Assembly: GCA_964417715.1 (NCBI GenBank)
Contig: CAYQJG010000010.1
Span: 9,291-73,290 of the forward strand
DNA length: 64,000 bases
Direction: 5' to 3'
From: an uncultured Lentisphaerales bacterium
GTDB lineage: Bacteria > Verrucomicrobiota > Kiritimatiellia > RFP12 > CAYQJG01
Shown here in pieces: positions 28,573-37,807 of the stretch (its first letter is position 1; each line of letters begins with the position of its first letter). The notes beneath the pieces were generated by a model, which saw only the letters and a program-made list of their open reading frames with translations, was not told the DNA's origin and ran no database searches. The translations under genes and the position numbers were made by a program.

Positions 28573-31500
28573 ATGGCCATGGCTACGCTGCACCAGAGCA
28601 TGTTGGTCGCCGCTTGCCTTTGCGCGGCGCTCAGTGGCGCTGCCGCCCCGGCGGACGGCTGGCCTGTGCCCACGCAGGAGGCCCGCACGATGCAGGGGGT
28701 GCGGCTCGTCTATCGTTTTCCAGCGCCGAGCATCCACGCTACCGCCGACGGCTACGCCGTTGGCATCTCGGGCTGCGAAGCCGACGAGCAGGCCGGCTCG
28801 CCCGTGCTGCCGGTCTGCGGCGTGGACATTGCAGTCCCTGCCGGCAAGACCGTGGCGTACGTGCGGGTAACGCCCCTTGAGACGACTGCCATCGCGCTTG
28901 ACGGGCCTGTGCGCTCCGGCGAGTATGCCCTGCCGCTTTCCACCGATTCCCGCATGGTCGCGCGGGCCAAGCCGAACCGAGAGATTTATCGCTCGCGCCG
29001 GCCCTTCCCGTCGCACGACACCCCTCGTTTTCGCGTTGACCGCCAACGCGGCAGCGAACGTCTCGCGCTGGCGCTGCAACCGGTGCAGGTCATTCCCGCT
29101 GAGAACCGTCTGCTGGTCCACGGCGCTCTGGTTGTCGATGTTGGGTGGACGGATGCGCAGGAACCAGACGCGATGGGCGGAGCCAAGCCGGGCTCGCCGG
29201 TCGTCAGCCGCGCCGCCGGCGCGCTGCCGCTGGGAGGGGCCACAACCAGCGCCCCGGTCGCTGTGCCACTGTTACAGGGGCCTGAAACGGACGCCAAGCT
29301 TCCGCCCGGCACAAACGAGTACGTCATCGTGGGCGATGCGGCCCTGATGGCCAACACCCCCCCGCCCTGGAACTTTGCCGCTCTCCTGAGCAGCCGGCGC
29401 ACTGCCGGTCTGACCGCAACCAATGTCTCGGTGGCCTGGATCGCGACGACCTACACGGGCAAGGACACGCCGGCGAAGATCCGTGCCTTTGTGCGCGACG
29501 CCTACCAGACCTGGGGCACACGTTTCATTCTGCTGGCCGGCACGCACGCCCTGGTGCCGGCACGCCAGCTCTACTGCGCCTTCACAAGCGGCACCACCGT
29601 CTACTCGGCCTACATCCCATCGGATAGTCTGTACTACGGCTGTCTGGACGGCGACTTCAACTACGACGGCGACGCACTGTACGGCGAGCCCACTGATGGC
29701 GTGGCTGGAGGAGACGTTGACCTGCTCGCCGAGGTGTCTGTCGGCCGCTTCCCGATCGCCTCGACCAACGAAGCTGCGCTGCTGATCCGCAAGACGCTCC
29801 TCTACGAGTCAGCACCGGCATCATCGCTGACCCGCGTATCGCATGTGGGCGAATATCTTGGTTTCGGCGGCCCGGCCGACTATGCGACGGGCATGATGGA
29901 GGAGGTCCGCCTGGGCAGCAGCGTCCCGGACTACACCACATTGGGCTTCGAGAACCCCGAATACGGGGGACTCTTCGATACCAGCAACACGCTCTACGAC
30001 GCGCCGACCTACACGTGGCCGGCATCGCAGATCATCAGCCGCCTAAACGGCAATTACCATGTCTTCAACCACATGGGGCACGGCGCCGCCTGGGTCTGCT
30101 TCAAACTCAACCTCTCTCTGGCAGCTGACAAACTGGCGGTCGCCAACCTGACCAACAGCGTCTACTACCTGTCTTACTCGCAGGCGTGCGAGCCGGGTCG
30201 CTTTGACGACCGGACCGACTGTTTTGCCGAGCAACTCGTCACATCCCGGGCGGGCGCCTTTGCCGCGGTGATGAATCCGCGCTACGGCTGGGGCTTTCAG
30301 AACTCGGTGGACGGACCCTCACAGCGTTTTCACCGGCGTTTCTGGGATGCCGTGTTCGCGCGCGGCCGGTATCACCTGGGCGTGATGAACCAGGACTCCA
30401 AGGAGCGCAACCGCTATCTCGTCAATACCGTGGGATCTGGCGACCCCATGCGCTGGTGCTACTACGAGATCACGCTTTTCGGCGACCCAGCCACCCCGTT
30501 CGCGGCGCGCATCCTCAAGTTCGCGCCAACCTTCGTGCATACACCTCTCAACAACCAGTACACGACCCAGGGCGTTTACCGGATCGACTGCACCATGGGA
30601 CCGGTCGGCCTTTACGAGCCGACATCGCCGCGTGTGGTCTGGCAATCCAGCGGATCCCCTGGCACGGTTCACACGAACCTACTGAGCCGGTGTTCGGGCA
30701 GTCGCTATGAGGGGGCCATCCCGGCACAGCCCACCGGTGCGCGCATCTCCTATCGCCTGCTGGCCGACACGCTGGCTGGCGAGGCCGGCCAGTGGCCGGC
30801 CAGCGGCGACCATCTGTTCGATGTGACTCCGCCTGTATCGCTGACGGTTCAGGGCCAGCCGGCACCTTACGGCGTTGTCACACCGGCGTATGGCACAAGC
30901 CTGATTGCATCGGGCACCGTGATCTCTGCCGCCGCGCCTGTGCGCCTGGAAACGGCACCCGGCGTCAGCCAGGCGCAGGCCGGCTGGACCGGCAGCGGCT
31001 GCGTGCCGGCGACCGGCACCAGCAACCAGGTCAGCTTCGCGCTCACCGTCCCATCGACGCTGAACTGGCAATGGACCACTGAGTTCGCGCTGCAGCAACG
31101 CTCGTCTCTGGCCGGTCTGATTGCCAGCAACAGTTGGCATCGCCCCGGCACCATCGCCGACTCGATGATCGCACCCGCCACGATCAGCCAGAGCGGCAAG
31201 ACGTACGCCTTCTGTGGCTGGTACCTGGACGGCCTCCGCCAACCCACGGCGCCCAGTCCCGTGATCAACCCCGTCGCCGGGGTTGTCCTCTCGACCAACC
31301 GCCTGTTGTCAGCCCTGTATGTCACGACGATACAGGATCTGGATGGCAACGGCATTCCGGACTGGTGGGAGTACAGTTTCTTCGGCACAAATGGTGTGCC
31401 GCCTGCCACAGACATCGACGGCGACGGGTTCGGCGCAGGCGATGAGTACCGTGATCGAACGAATCCCACCGACCCGTCTTCCCGCCCCGCACCGCCTGCC

Positions 31501-33924
31501 ATTCTCCTCTCACCCCTGGCCTCGCCCCAAGCGATGCCCCCGCCCTATGCCGTGTCCGTCACGCTTACCGACTCGTATGCCATCGCCTCGGCCACGCTGC
31601 GTTGGCGACGCAATGGCGGCACCTGGCAGAGCGCTGCCCTCGCCAGTCGGGGATCCGGAGTCTACACGGGGACCATCCCCGCCCCCGGCGTCCCGGCCGA
31701 CGTGTTTGACTACAACCTGATCGCCACCGACCCCGCGGGCCACGCGGCCACGACAGCCGTCTACTCGGTATGGCTTCAGTATCCGCGCGTCGCGTTCGGA
31801 CCGGCGCAGGGACGCGATCTCGTGCTGCTTCCAAGTGGCGTTGACTATGCGCTGCTCGCAATCACCAACACCGGTAACGCGCGCCTGAACTGGTCGCTCG
31901 CGCGTGGCAGCCATGAGGTCGTCACGCCCGGCGCATCCGGTTGGCGCACAAACGCCTACGGCCAGGTCTGGCGGGCATCCTCAACACGCAGCTTCTCGCC
32001 CCCCTATGCATTCTCAGCACACCTGACATCTGGCGGATCACAGAACTTCACGCCACCCGTGCATGCCTGTCTCGAGTCGCCGGCTCTGCAGCTTGCCTCA
32101 CGGGCGCGCCTCTTCTTCCGCCACTGGGTGAAGACCGAACTCGACTCGGTCGCCGGCTACTGCTACGACGGGGGCGTCGTCGAGATATCCACGAATGCGG
32201 GCGTCTCCTTTGTGCAGTTGCCGGGTCCTTACACCCACAAGATCCACGGCTGGACCTACTCACCGTGGCTCAACGACACGCCCTGTTTCGCGGGAAACGG
32301 CTCCGCCGGGTGGGTTGAGGTCTCCTTTGACCTAGCCGCCTATGCCGGCCAGACGGTCCTGCTGCGCTTCCATTACGGCGCCGACAACAACACCGATGAC
32401 GAAGGCTGGTATGTGGACGATATCCGAGTCGGGCCGCTCAGCAGCCCCATCTGGCCCGACTGGGCCGTGTGCGGCGCAACGGCCGGGTCGCTGGTCGGCG
32501 GCGGGAAGGTCACTTTCCCATTTGATACGGATGCATCACTTGCGGTCCTGCGCGACGACCGACTGGCCGTGCACCTGCTCTCCAACGACCCGGTCACGCC
32601 CAACGTCTACGTCGACTGGACGCTCAAAATCCGCGAACCCCCGTTGATCGACGGGCCGTGGGCGTGGCAGTCCTCGACCAACGGCGAGGGACTGGTTACG
32701 CTTCGCCTGAACGTGGCCGACCGCGATGGCGAAGCGGTGGACCTGCAGGTCGACTGTTCGACCAATGCCGGCGCAACCTGGTTCGCGCCGACGCTGACAG
32801 GCACATCCGTGTCATTGGGACAGGCGCCAGCGGGTGTCGTAACCGGCCAGATCGCGCACCTGGTCACCACCGACGCCGGCGGCATGCGATCCAATGTGGT
32901 CAGCACGGTCTGGCCGACGCGGATACCCATGCCGGGCATTGCGCTGGCGCCCGCGGCGCGCATGCGCGTGCGGGGATCGAACCCCTATTTCGCGTCCGAC
33001 TACCGGACCTCGGCGGCCTTTGTCATCGACAACCAGCAACCAACCCAACCAACCGGTTTGCTGCTTAGCCACACGCCGCAGACATGGACGCCTGCCACAG
33101 CCTTCTCGGCCAGTTGGGAACCGGCATCGGACGGCGCCGGCATCGGCGGCTTACGCTACCGCCGCCGCCTGGCCGCAGATACGGCGGCACCCGCCGCGCC
33201 TTCTCAGGCCGCACTGACGTTCTCGGGGGTTGTGCCCGAAGGCAGCAACACCTGGTTCGCCGTGCAGGCCGTCGACGCCTTCGGCAATGCCGGCGCCATT
33301 GTGCGCCGGGGGCCGTTCTGGGTGGACGCAACGCCGCCAGCAAGCGCATCTGCCCGCGCCTGGGTGGCCTCGAGCGATGCCGGTCCTTACGCAGTCGGCA
33401 CCAACGTTCTGTTTTCCTGGGAAGGGTTCGGTGATGCCCTGTCCGGTATCGCCGGCTATCGAGCACACAATGTAGCCGCCCCTGTTGCCTCGGAGACCAC
33501 CGCCACGCATCTGGTCCTGCCCGCACAACCAGTCGGAGTCACCAACGGGTTCGGTGTGGCGGCCTTCGACCGTGCCGGCAACGTCAGCCCCTGGGTGCTG
33601 GCGCACGTGCTGGTTCTCGACCCTCTGGCCGACCCGGATGGAGACGGCATGCTCACACGGGACGAGGAAGTCGCCGGCACGGATGCACGCGCGGCCGACC
33701 AGCTCTTCATGATCGGCATGAGCACCGACCTCGGCACGCTGGTTGTCCAGTGGACGGGGCGTAGCGGGCGCACATACACCGTTGACCGCACGCCGACCCT
33801 CGCGCCAGTCGACTGGTCGCCGGTGCCGGCACATACCGGCATACCGGGCAGCAATGGCCTGATGCGAGCCATCGTCCCGCGCGACCTCACGGTCGGGTTC
33901 TTCCGCGTACGCGTCTCGCGCTGA
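28573..33924 (+). CDS. giant secreted multidomain protein with N-terminal peptidase C25 (gingipain-like) catalytic domain plus multiple Ig/FN3-like and jelly-roll domains (1783 aa)
   Basis: Signal peptide. The catalytic pattern VFNHMGHGAAW ... YSQACEPGRFD corresponds to the gingipain His / AC..G.F Cys region. There is a long beta-rich C-terminal extension. Confidence 0.7.
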   Translation: MAMATLHQSMLVAACLCAALSGAAAPADGWPVPTQEARTMQGVRLVYRFPAPSIHATADGYAVGISGCEADEQAGSPVLPVCGVDIAVPAGKTVAYVRVTPLETTAIALDGPVRSGEYALPLSTDSRMVARAKPNREIYRSRRPFPSHDTPRFRVDRQRGSERLALALQPVQVIPAENRLLVHGALVVDVGWTDAQEPDAMGGAKPGSPVVSRAAGALPLGGATTSAPVAVPLLQGPETDAKLPPGTNEYVIVGDAALMANTPPPWNFAALLSSRRTAGLTATNVSVAWIATTYTGKDTPAKIRAFVRDAYQTWGTRFILLAGTHALVPARQLYCAFTSGTTVYSAYIPSDSLYYGCLDGDFNYDGDALYGEPTDGVAGGDVDLLAEVSVGRFPIASTNEAALLIRKTLLYESAPASSLTRVSHVGEYLGFGGPADYATGMMEEVRLGSSVPDYTTLGFENPEYGGLFDTSNTLYDAPTYTWPASQIISRLNGNYHVFNHMGHGAAWVCFKLNLSLAADKLAVANLTNSVYYLSYSQACEPGRFDDRTDCFAEQLVTSRAGAFAAVMNPRYGWGFQNSVDGPSQRFHRRFWDAVFARGRYHLGVMNQDSKERNRYLVNTVGSGDPMRWCYYEITLFGDPATPFAARILKFAPTFVHTPLNNQYTTQGVYRIDCTMGPVGLYEPTSPRVVWQSSGSPGTVHTNLLSRCSGSRYEGAIPAQPTGARISYRLLADTLAGEAGQWPASGDHLFDVTPPVSLTVQGQPAPYGVVTPAYGTSLIASGTVISAAAPVRLETAPGVSQAQAGWTGSGCVPATGTSNQVSFALTVPSTLNWQWTTEFALQQRSSLAGLIASNSWHRPGTIADSMIAPATISQSGKTYAFCGWYLDGLRQPTAPSPVINPVAGVVLSTNRLLSALYVTTIQDLDGNGIPDWWEYSFFGTNGVPPATDIDGDGFGAGDEYRDRTNPTDPSSRPAPPAILLSPLASPQAMPPPYAVSVTLTDSYAIASATLRWRRNGGTWQSAALASRGSGVYTGTIPAPGVPADVFDYNLIATDPAGHAATTAVYSVWLQYPRVAFGPAQGRDLVLLPSGVDYALLAITNTGNARLNWSLARGSHEVVTPGASGWRTNAYGQVWRASSTRSFSPPYAFSAHLTSGGSQNFTPPVHACLESPALQLASRARLFFRHWVKTELDSVAGYCYDGGVVEISTNAGVSFVQLPGPYTHKIHGWTYSPWLNDTPCFAGNGSAGWVEVSFDLAAYAGQTVLLRFHYGADNNTDDEGWYVDDIRVGPLSSPIWPDWAVCGATAGSLVGGGKVTFPFDTDASLAVLRDDRLAVHLLSNDPVTPNVYVDWTLKIREPPLIDGPWAWQSSTNGEGLVTLRLNVADRDGEAVDLQVDCSTNAGATWFAPTLTGTSVSLGQAPAGVVTGQIAHLVTTDAGGMRSNVVSTVWPTRIPMPGIALAPAARMRVRGSNPYFASDYRTSAAFVIDNQQPTQPTGLLLSHTPQTWTPATAFSASWEPASDGAGIGGLRYRRRLAADTAAPAAPSQAALTFSGVVPEGSNTWFAVQAVDAFGNAGAIVRRGPFWVDATPPASASARAWVASSDAGPYAVGTNVLFSWEGFGDALSGIAGYRAHNVAAPVASETTATHLVLPAQPVGVTNGFGVAAFDRAGNVSPWVLAHVLVLDPLADPDGDGMLTRDEEVAGTDARAADQLFMIGMSTDLGTLVVQWTGRSGRTYTVDRTPTLAPVDWSPVPAHTGIPGSNGLMRAIVPRDLTVGFFRVRVSR

Positions 33925-34032
33925 TTCGCGCAGGTCGCAATTGACATGCCCCGCGAAATCCGTTTCACTGGCAATCGGCGCGAACACGCGGACGCGTCTG
34001 CTCTAAGTCCACCTACCTTGAGGGGCCATGCC

Positions 34033-35226
34033 ATGTCCAGAGTCCTGATCATTGGCGCCGGCGGCGTCGGCGGCGTCGTCGCACACAAATGCGCGCAGGT
34101 GCCCCAGGTTTTCACCGACATCTGCCTCGCCAGCCGCACGCGCAGCCGTTGCGAGGCCATTGCGGCGCAACTGCCACGGCCTGTCGAAACCGCTCAGGTC
34201 GATGCCGACAACGTGGCGGAGACCGTGGCCCTGCTGCGCCGCTTCAAGCCGGACCTGGTCATCAACGTCGCGCTCCCATACCAGGACCTGCACATCATGG
34301 ACGCCTGCCTGGAAGCCGGCGTGAACTATCTCGACACGGCCAACTATGAGCCGCCAAACGAGGCCAAGTTCGAGTACAGCTGGCAGTGGGCCTACCAGGA
34401 CCGGTTCCGCCAGAAAGGGCTGATGGCCGTGCTCGGCAGCGGCTTCGACCCCGGCGTAACCAGCGTCTTCAGCGCCTACGCACTGAAGCACCACTTCGAC
34501 CGGATCGACGAGATCGACATCATCGACTGCAACGCCGGCAGCCACGGCCAGTCGTTCGCGACCAACTTCAACCCCGAGATCAACATCCGCGAGGTCACCG
34601 CCAAGGGCCGCTACTATCAGGGCGGCGCCTGGACGGAAACCGCCCCGCTTTCGATCAAGCGCAAGTTCACCATGCCGGAAGGTCTGGGCACACTCAACGT
34701 CTACCTGATGTACCACGAGGAGCTCGAATCGCTGGCCAAGCACATTCCGGGGCTCAAGCGCGCCCGCTTCTGGATGAGCTTCTCCGAGAACTACCTCAAG
34801 CACCTCGAGGTGCTTCAGAACGTCGGCATGACGCGCATCGACCCGGTGTCGTTCCAGGGACAGCAGATCGTGCCGCTGAAGTTCCTCAAGGCGCTGCTGC
34901 CCGATCCGGCCTCGCTGGGCCCGCTCACCAAGGGCAAGACCTGCATCGGCTGCCAGGTCCGCGGCCGCAAGGACGGCCAGCGCAAGACGATCTACATCTA
35001 CAACATCTGCGACCACGAAGCCTGCTATCGCGAAGTCAAGTCGCAGGCGATCTCCTACACCACCGGCGTGCCGGCCATGATCGGCGCAAAACTGATGCTG
35101 ACCGGCCAATGGGCCGGCCAGGGCGTGTTCAACATCGAGCAGCTCAACCCCGATCCCTTCATGGACGCGCTCAACATCCATGGCCTTCCGTGGCAGGTGA
35201 TCGAAGGCGGCGTGTTCAAGGGCTAG
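34033..35226 (+). CDS. carboxynorspermidine/carboxyspermidine dehydrogenase (saccharopine dehydrogenase family)
   Basis: MSRVLIIGAGGVGGVVAHK Rossmann start. Length is about 397 aa. Internal Met30 of track ORF 33946..35226. The partner gene nspC lies downstream. Confidence 0.8.
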   Translation: MSRVLIIGAGGVGGVVAHKCAQVPQVFTDICLASRTRSRCEAIAAQLPRPVETAQVDADNVAETVALLRRFKPDLVINVALPYQDLHIMDACLEAGVNYLDTANYEPPNEAKFEYSWQWAYQDRFRQKGLMAVLGSGFDPGVTSVFSAYALKHHFDRIDEIDIIDCNAGSHGQSFATNFNPEINIREVTAKGRYYQGGAWTETAPLSIKRKFTMPEGLGTLNVYLMYHEELESLAKHIPGLKRARFWMSFSENYLKHLEVLQNVGMTRIDPVSFQGQQIVPLKFLKALLPDPASLGPLTKGKTCIGCQVRGRKDGQRKTIYIYNICDHEACYREVKSQAISYTTGVPAMIGAKLMLTGQWAGQGVFNIEQLNPDPFMDALNIHGLPWQVIEGGVFKG

Positions 35227-35307
35227 CGGTCGCCCCCGGTCACCCCTGACACGGGGAGAGGGACTCGGCTGTTGACGAACGGCGCAATGTGTAACATAAT
35301 TGTCCAC

Positions 35308-35559
35308 ATGAAGACAGCCACAATCAGACAGGTGCGCAATGACTTCGGGACCGTCCTGAACTGGGTTGCCTGTGGCGAGGAAGTCACGGTGACGCGACGC
35401 AAACTTCCCGTCGCCATGATCGTGCCGACGCGACCTGTCCGCCGTGCGCGTACGCCCATGCCTGATTTCGCAGCCAGGTTGCGCGTCACGTATGGCGACC
35501 GGTTGGTCGACCAGGCGGTGATCGATGCCGCACTGGCCGAGAACCGGGGGGCGTCGTGA
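35308..35559 (+). CDS. Phd/YefM-family type II antitoxin
   Basis: MKTATIRQVRNDFGTVLNWVACGEEVTVTRRKLPVAMIVP matches the Phd/YefM N-terminal fold pattern. Its stop overlaps the VapC start. Confidence 0.6.
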   Translation: MKTATIRQVRNDFGTVLNWVACGEEVTVTRRKLPVAMIVPTRPVRRARTPMPDFAARLRVTYGDRLVDQAVIDAALAENRGAS

Positions 35560-35990
35560 GCGCCTGTGCCGACTCCAGTTTCCTCGTGGCACTCTACGTT
35601 CGTCAGTCGCACTCGCCCGCCGCCGCCGCATGGATGAAGAAGTTGCGCGGCACACTGCCACTCACCGCACTCAATCTGTTCGAGACACGTAACGCCTTGA
35701 GCCTGCTGGTCTTCCGCGGGGTCATCACCCGCGCGGAGTACGACGCGGCACTGGACCAACTGGCTGGCGACTTGCTGGGCAACGTCTTCGCGGACGCCCC
35801 GGTGGCCTGGGAGAACGTATTCGCGTGTGCCGAGCGCCTGCGGATCGAACACACGATAGCACTGGGCGTCCGAAGCCTTGACATTCTGCACGTGGCATTC
35901 GCATTGACACTGGGTGCCCGGACCTTTCTCACGTTCGACGACCGTCAGCGCACGTTGGCTGCCCGTGCCGGCCTGACCGTCGCCCCTTGA
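35556..35990 (+). CDS. vapC: PIN-domain toxin (VapC-like)
   Basis: The N-terminal acidic DSSFLV motif and overall PIN spacing are present. It is 144 aa and 4-nt overlapped with the upstream antitoxin. Confidence 0.7.
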   Translation: MSACADSSFLVALYVRQSHSPAAAAWMKKLRGTLPLTALNLFETRNALSLLVFRGVITRAEYDAALDQLAGDLLGNVFADAPVAWENVFACAERLRIEHTIALGVRSLDILHVAFALTLGARTFLTFDDRQRTLAARAGLTVAP

Positions 35991-37225
35991 TGCGCGCGAT
36001 GAAGAGAACGACCATGCCTAGCCTGTCGCCACCGGCATCCCGATCCCTGACGCCTGCCACGCTGCCCACCCCGGCCTTTGTGGTGGATGCGGCCGCGCTG
36101 GCGCGCAACCTGGCCGTGCTGGCGGACGTCAAGGCACGCACGGGTTGCCGCATTCTGCTGGCGCAGAAGGCATTCTCCATGTTCAGCGTCTACCCGCTGA
36201 TCAGCCGTACGCTCGACGGCACCTGCGCCAGTTCGGTACACGAGGCGCGCCTGGGTCGTGAGGCGTTTGCCGGCGAGGTCCATGCCTTTGCGGCCGCCTT
36301 CAACGACGCGGAAATGCGCGCGCTGGCTGACCTGGTCGATCACATTACGCTCAACTCGTTCGACCAGTGGCGACGCTTTCGTCCGCTCGTGGCCACCGCG
36401 CCACGCGCAATCCAATGCGGCCTGCGCGTCAACCCGCAGCACTCCGAAGGTCACACGCCGCTCTATGACCCGTGCGCGCCAAGGTCCCGCCTCGGCATCC
36501 GCCGCGACGCCTTCGGGGACCAGTCGCTGGACGAGCTGAGCGGCCTGCACTTCCACAACCTGTGCGAGCAGAACGCAGATGCACTCGCGCGCACGCTGGC
36601 TGCCTTCGAAGCGCGTTTCGGCGACCTGCTGCCGCGCTTCCGGTGGGTCAACCTCGGCGGCGGGCACCACATCACGCGGCCGGACTACGACGTGGCACAC
36701 CTCTGCCGGCTGGTCAGCGATTTCAAGGCCCGGCACGGCGTGCAGGTCTACCTGGAACCGGGCGAAGCCGTGGCGCTCAACGCCGGCGTGCTCGTGGCGA
36801 CCGTGCTGGACGTGGTGTGGAACGAGATGCCGATCGCCATCCTCGATACCTCCTGCACCTGCCACATGCCGGACGTACTGGAGATGCCTTACCGGCCGCG
36901 CGTCTACCGAGGCGAAGCGTGGGACGGTTCGGCCGCAACACCTGCCACTGCCGACCGCGGCGCCGAGCCCGGCGCGAAACCACACACGGTCCGGTTGGCC
37001 GGACCGTCGTGTCTGGCGGGCGACATCATCGGCGATTACGCCTTCGATGTGCCGCTGCGTCCGGGCGACCGCCTGGTGTTCGAAGATATGGCGCACTACA
37101 CCATGGTCAAGACGAACACGTTTAACGGCATCAACCTGCCGTCCATCTGCCTGCGCGAACCGGATGGCACCATCCGCCTCGTGCGCGAATTCGGCTACGC
37201 CGACTTCAAATCCCGTCTCTCCTAG
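35987..37225 (+). CDS. nspC: carboxynorspermidine decarboxylase
   Basis: Strong match to NspC-family PLP decarboxylases (...AFVVDAAALARNLAVLADVKARTGCRILLAQKAFSMFSVYPL...). Start Met1 or Met10 (36014). Confidence 0.85.
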   Translation: MMRAMKRTTMPSLSPPASRSLTPATLPTPAFVVDAAALARNLAVLADVKARTGCRILLAQKAFSMFSVYPLISRTLDGTCASSVHEARLGREAFAGEVHAFAAAFNDAEMRALADLVDHITLNSFDQWRRFRPLVATAPRAIQCGLRVNPQHSEGHTPLYDPCAPRSRLGIRRDAFGDQSLDELSGLHFHNLCEQNADALARTLAAFEARFGDLLPRFRWVNLGGGHHITRPDYDVAHLCRLVSDFKARHGVQVYLEPGEAVALNAGVLVATVLDVVWNEMPIAILDTSCTCHMPDVLEMPYRPRVYRGEAWDGSAATPATADRGAEPGAKPHTVRLAGPSCLAGDIIGDYAFDVPLRPGDRLVFEDMAHYTMVKTNTFNGINLPSICLREPDGTIRLVREFGYADFKSRLS

Positions 37226-37267
37226 TCGCATCGGCTGGGCGCGGATCCTGTTGCCATGAGCGACCCT

Positions 37268-37564
37268 CTATCCTCTTCCATGCCAACTCTTCGGACTCCG
37301 TTTGGCATGGAAGACAGCAAGGACGACAACGCGCACGTCATCCTCAACGAACAGGACCTGATACGGAAAACGACGTGTCAGCGCGCGCCGGACAGTGCGA
37401 TGCACTCGAGGAAACATCCAGGGCGCTCGCAGGATAGAACTGAAAACGGCATCAACACACAAAAGGAAGGCCGATCCAAGTCCAACGCTGCGGTCTTCGT
37501 ACCAACCAAACGCCTCTGCCATCTCCGCTTCAGCTTCTGGGCGAATGAGGAGCCGTCTGCTCAC
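37268..37564 (-). CDS. parE: ParE/RelE-family type II toxin
   Basis: 98 aa. ...TRRFPYQVLFVEDDVRVVVLAVFHAKRSP is a typical ParE C-terminus. Confidence 0.7.
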   Translation of the reverse strand: MSRRLLIRPEAEAEMAEAFGWYEDRSVGLGSAFLLCVDAVFSSILRAPWMFPRVHRTVRRALTRRFPYQVLFVEDDVRVVVLAVFHAKRSPKSWHGRG

Positions 37565-37782
37565 CGTCTGCTCCTGATTCGCTCGCGCACCATCGCCCAG
37601 GGGCTACCCTCGTCCGGGCTCAGGTGGTAGGAGTCCAAACGGCGGTCGACTTCCGCCTTCTGCTGATCGGTCAACGGGACTTCCTCAGGTACTTCGGCGA
37701 TGCTGTCCCAGATATCCTCGACGAGTTGGATGCGTTCAGGAACGGTCAAGTCCATAACGCCCGCTTTGGCCAATGTGCTCAT
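37561..37782 (-). CDS. putative addiction-module antidote protein (CC2985/TIGR02574-like antitoxin partnering ParE)
   Basis: 73 aa. ...PERIQLVEDIWDSIAEVPEEVPLTDQQKAEVDRRL... Overlaps the ParE start by 4 nt. Confidence 0.6.
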   Translation of the reverse strand: MSTLAKAGVMDLTVPERIQLVEDIWDSIAEVPEEVPLTDQQKAEVDRRLDSYHLSPDEGSPWAMVRERIRSRR

Positions 37783-37807
37783 GAATCGAACTATAGGCGG
37801 GTTCTCA

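Noticed and set aside
37256-37630. 124-aa plus-strand ORF overlapping parE
   Set aside because: The opposite-strand ParE toxin has a clear family signature and a coupled antitoxin. The plus-strand ORF has no features.
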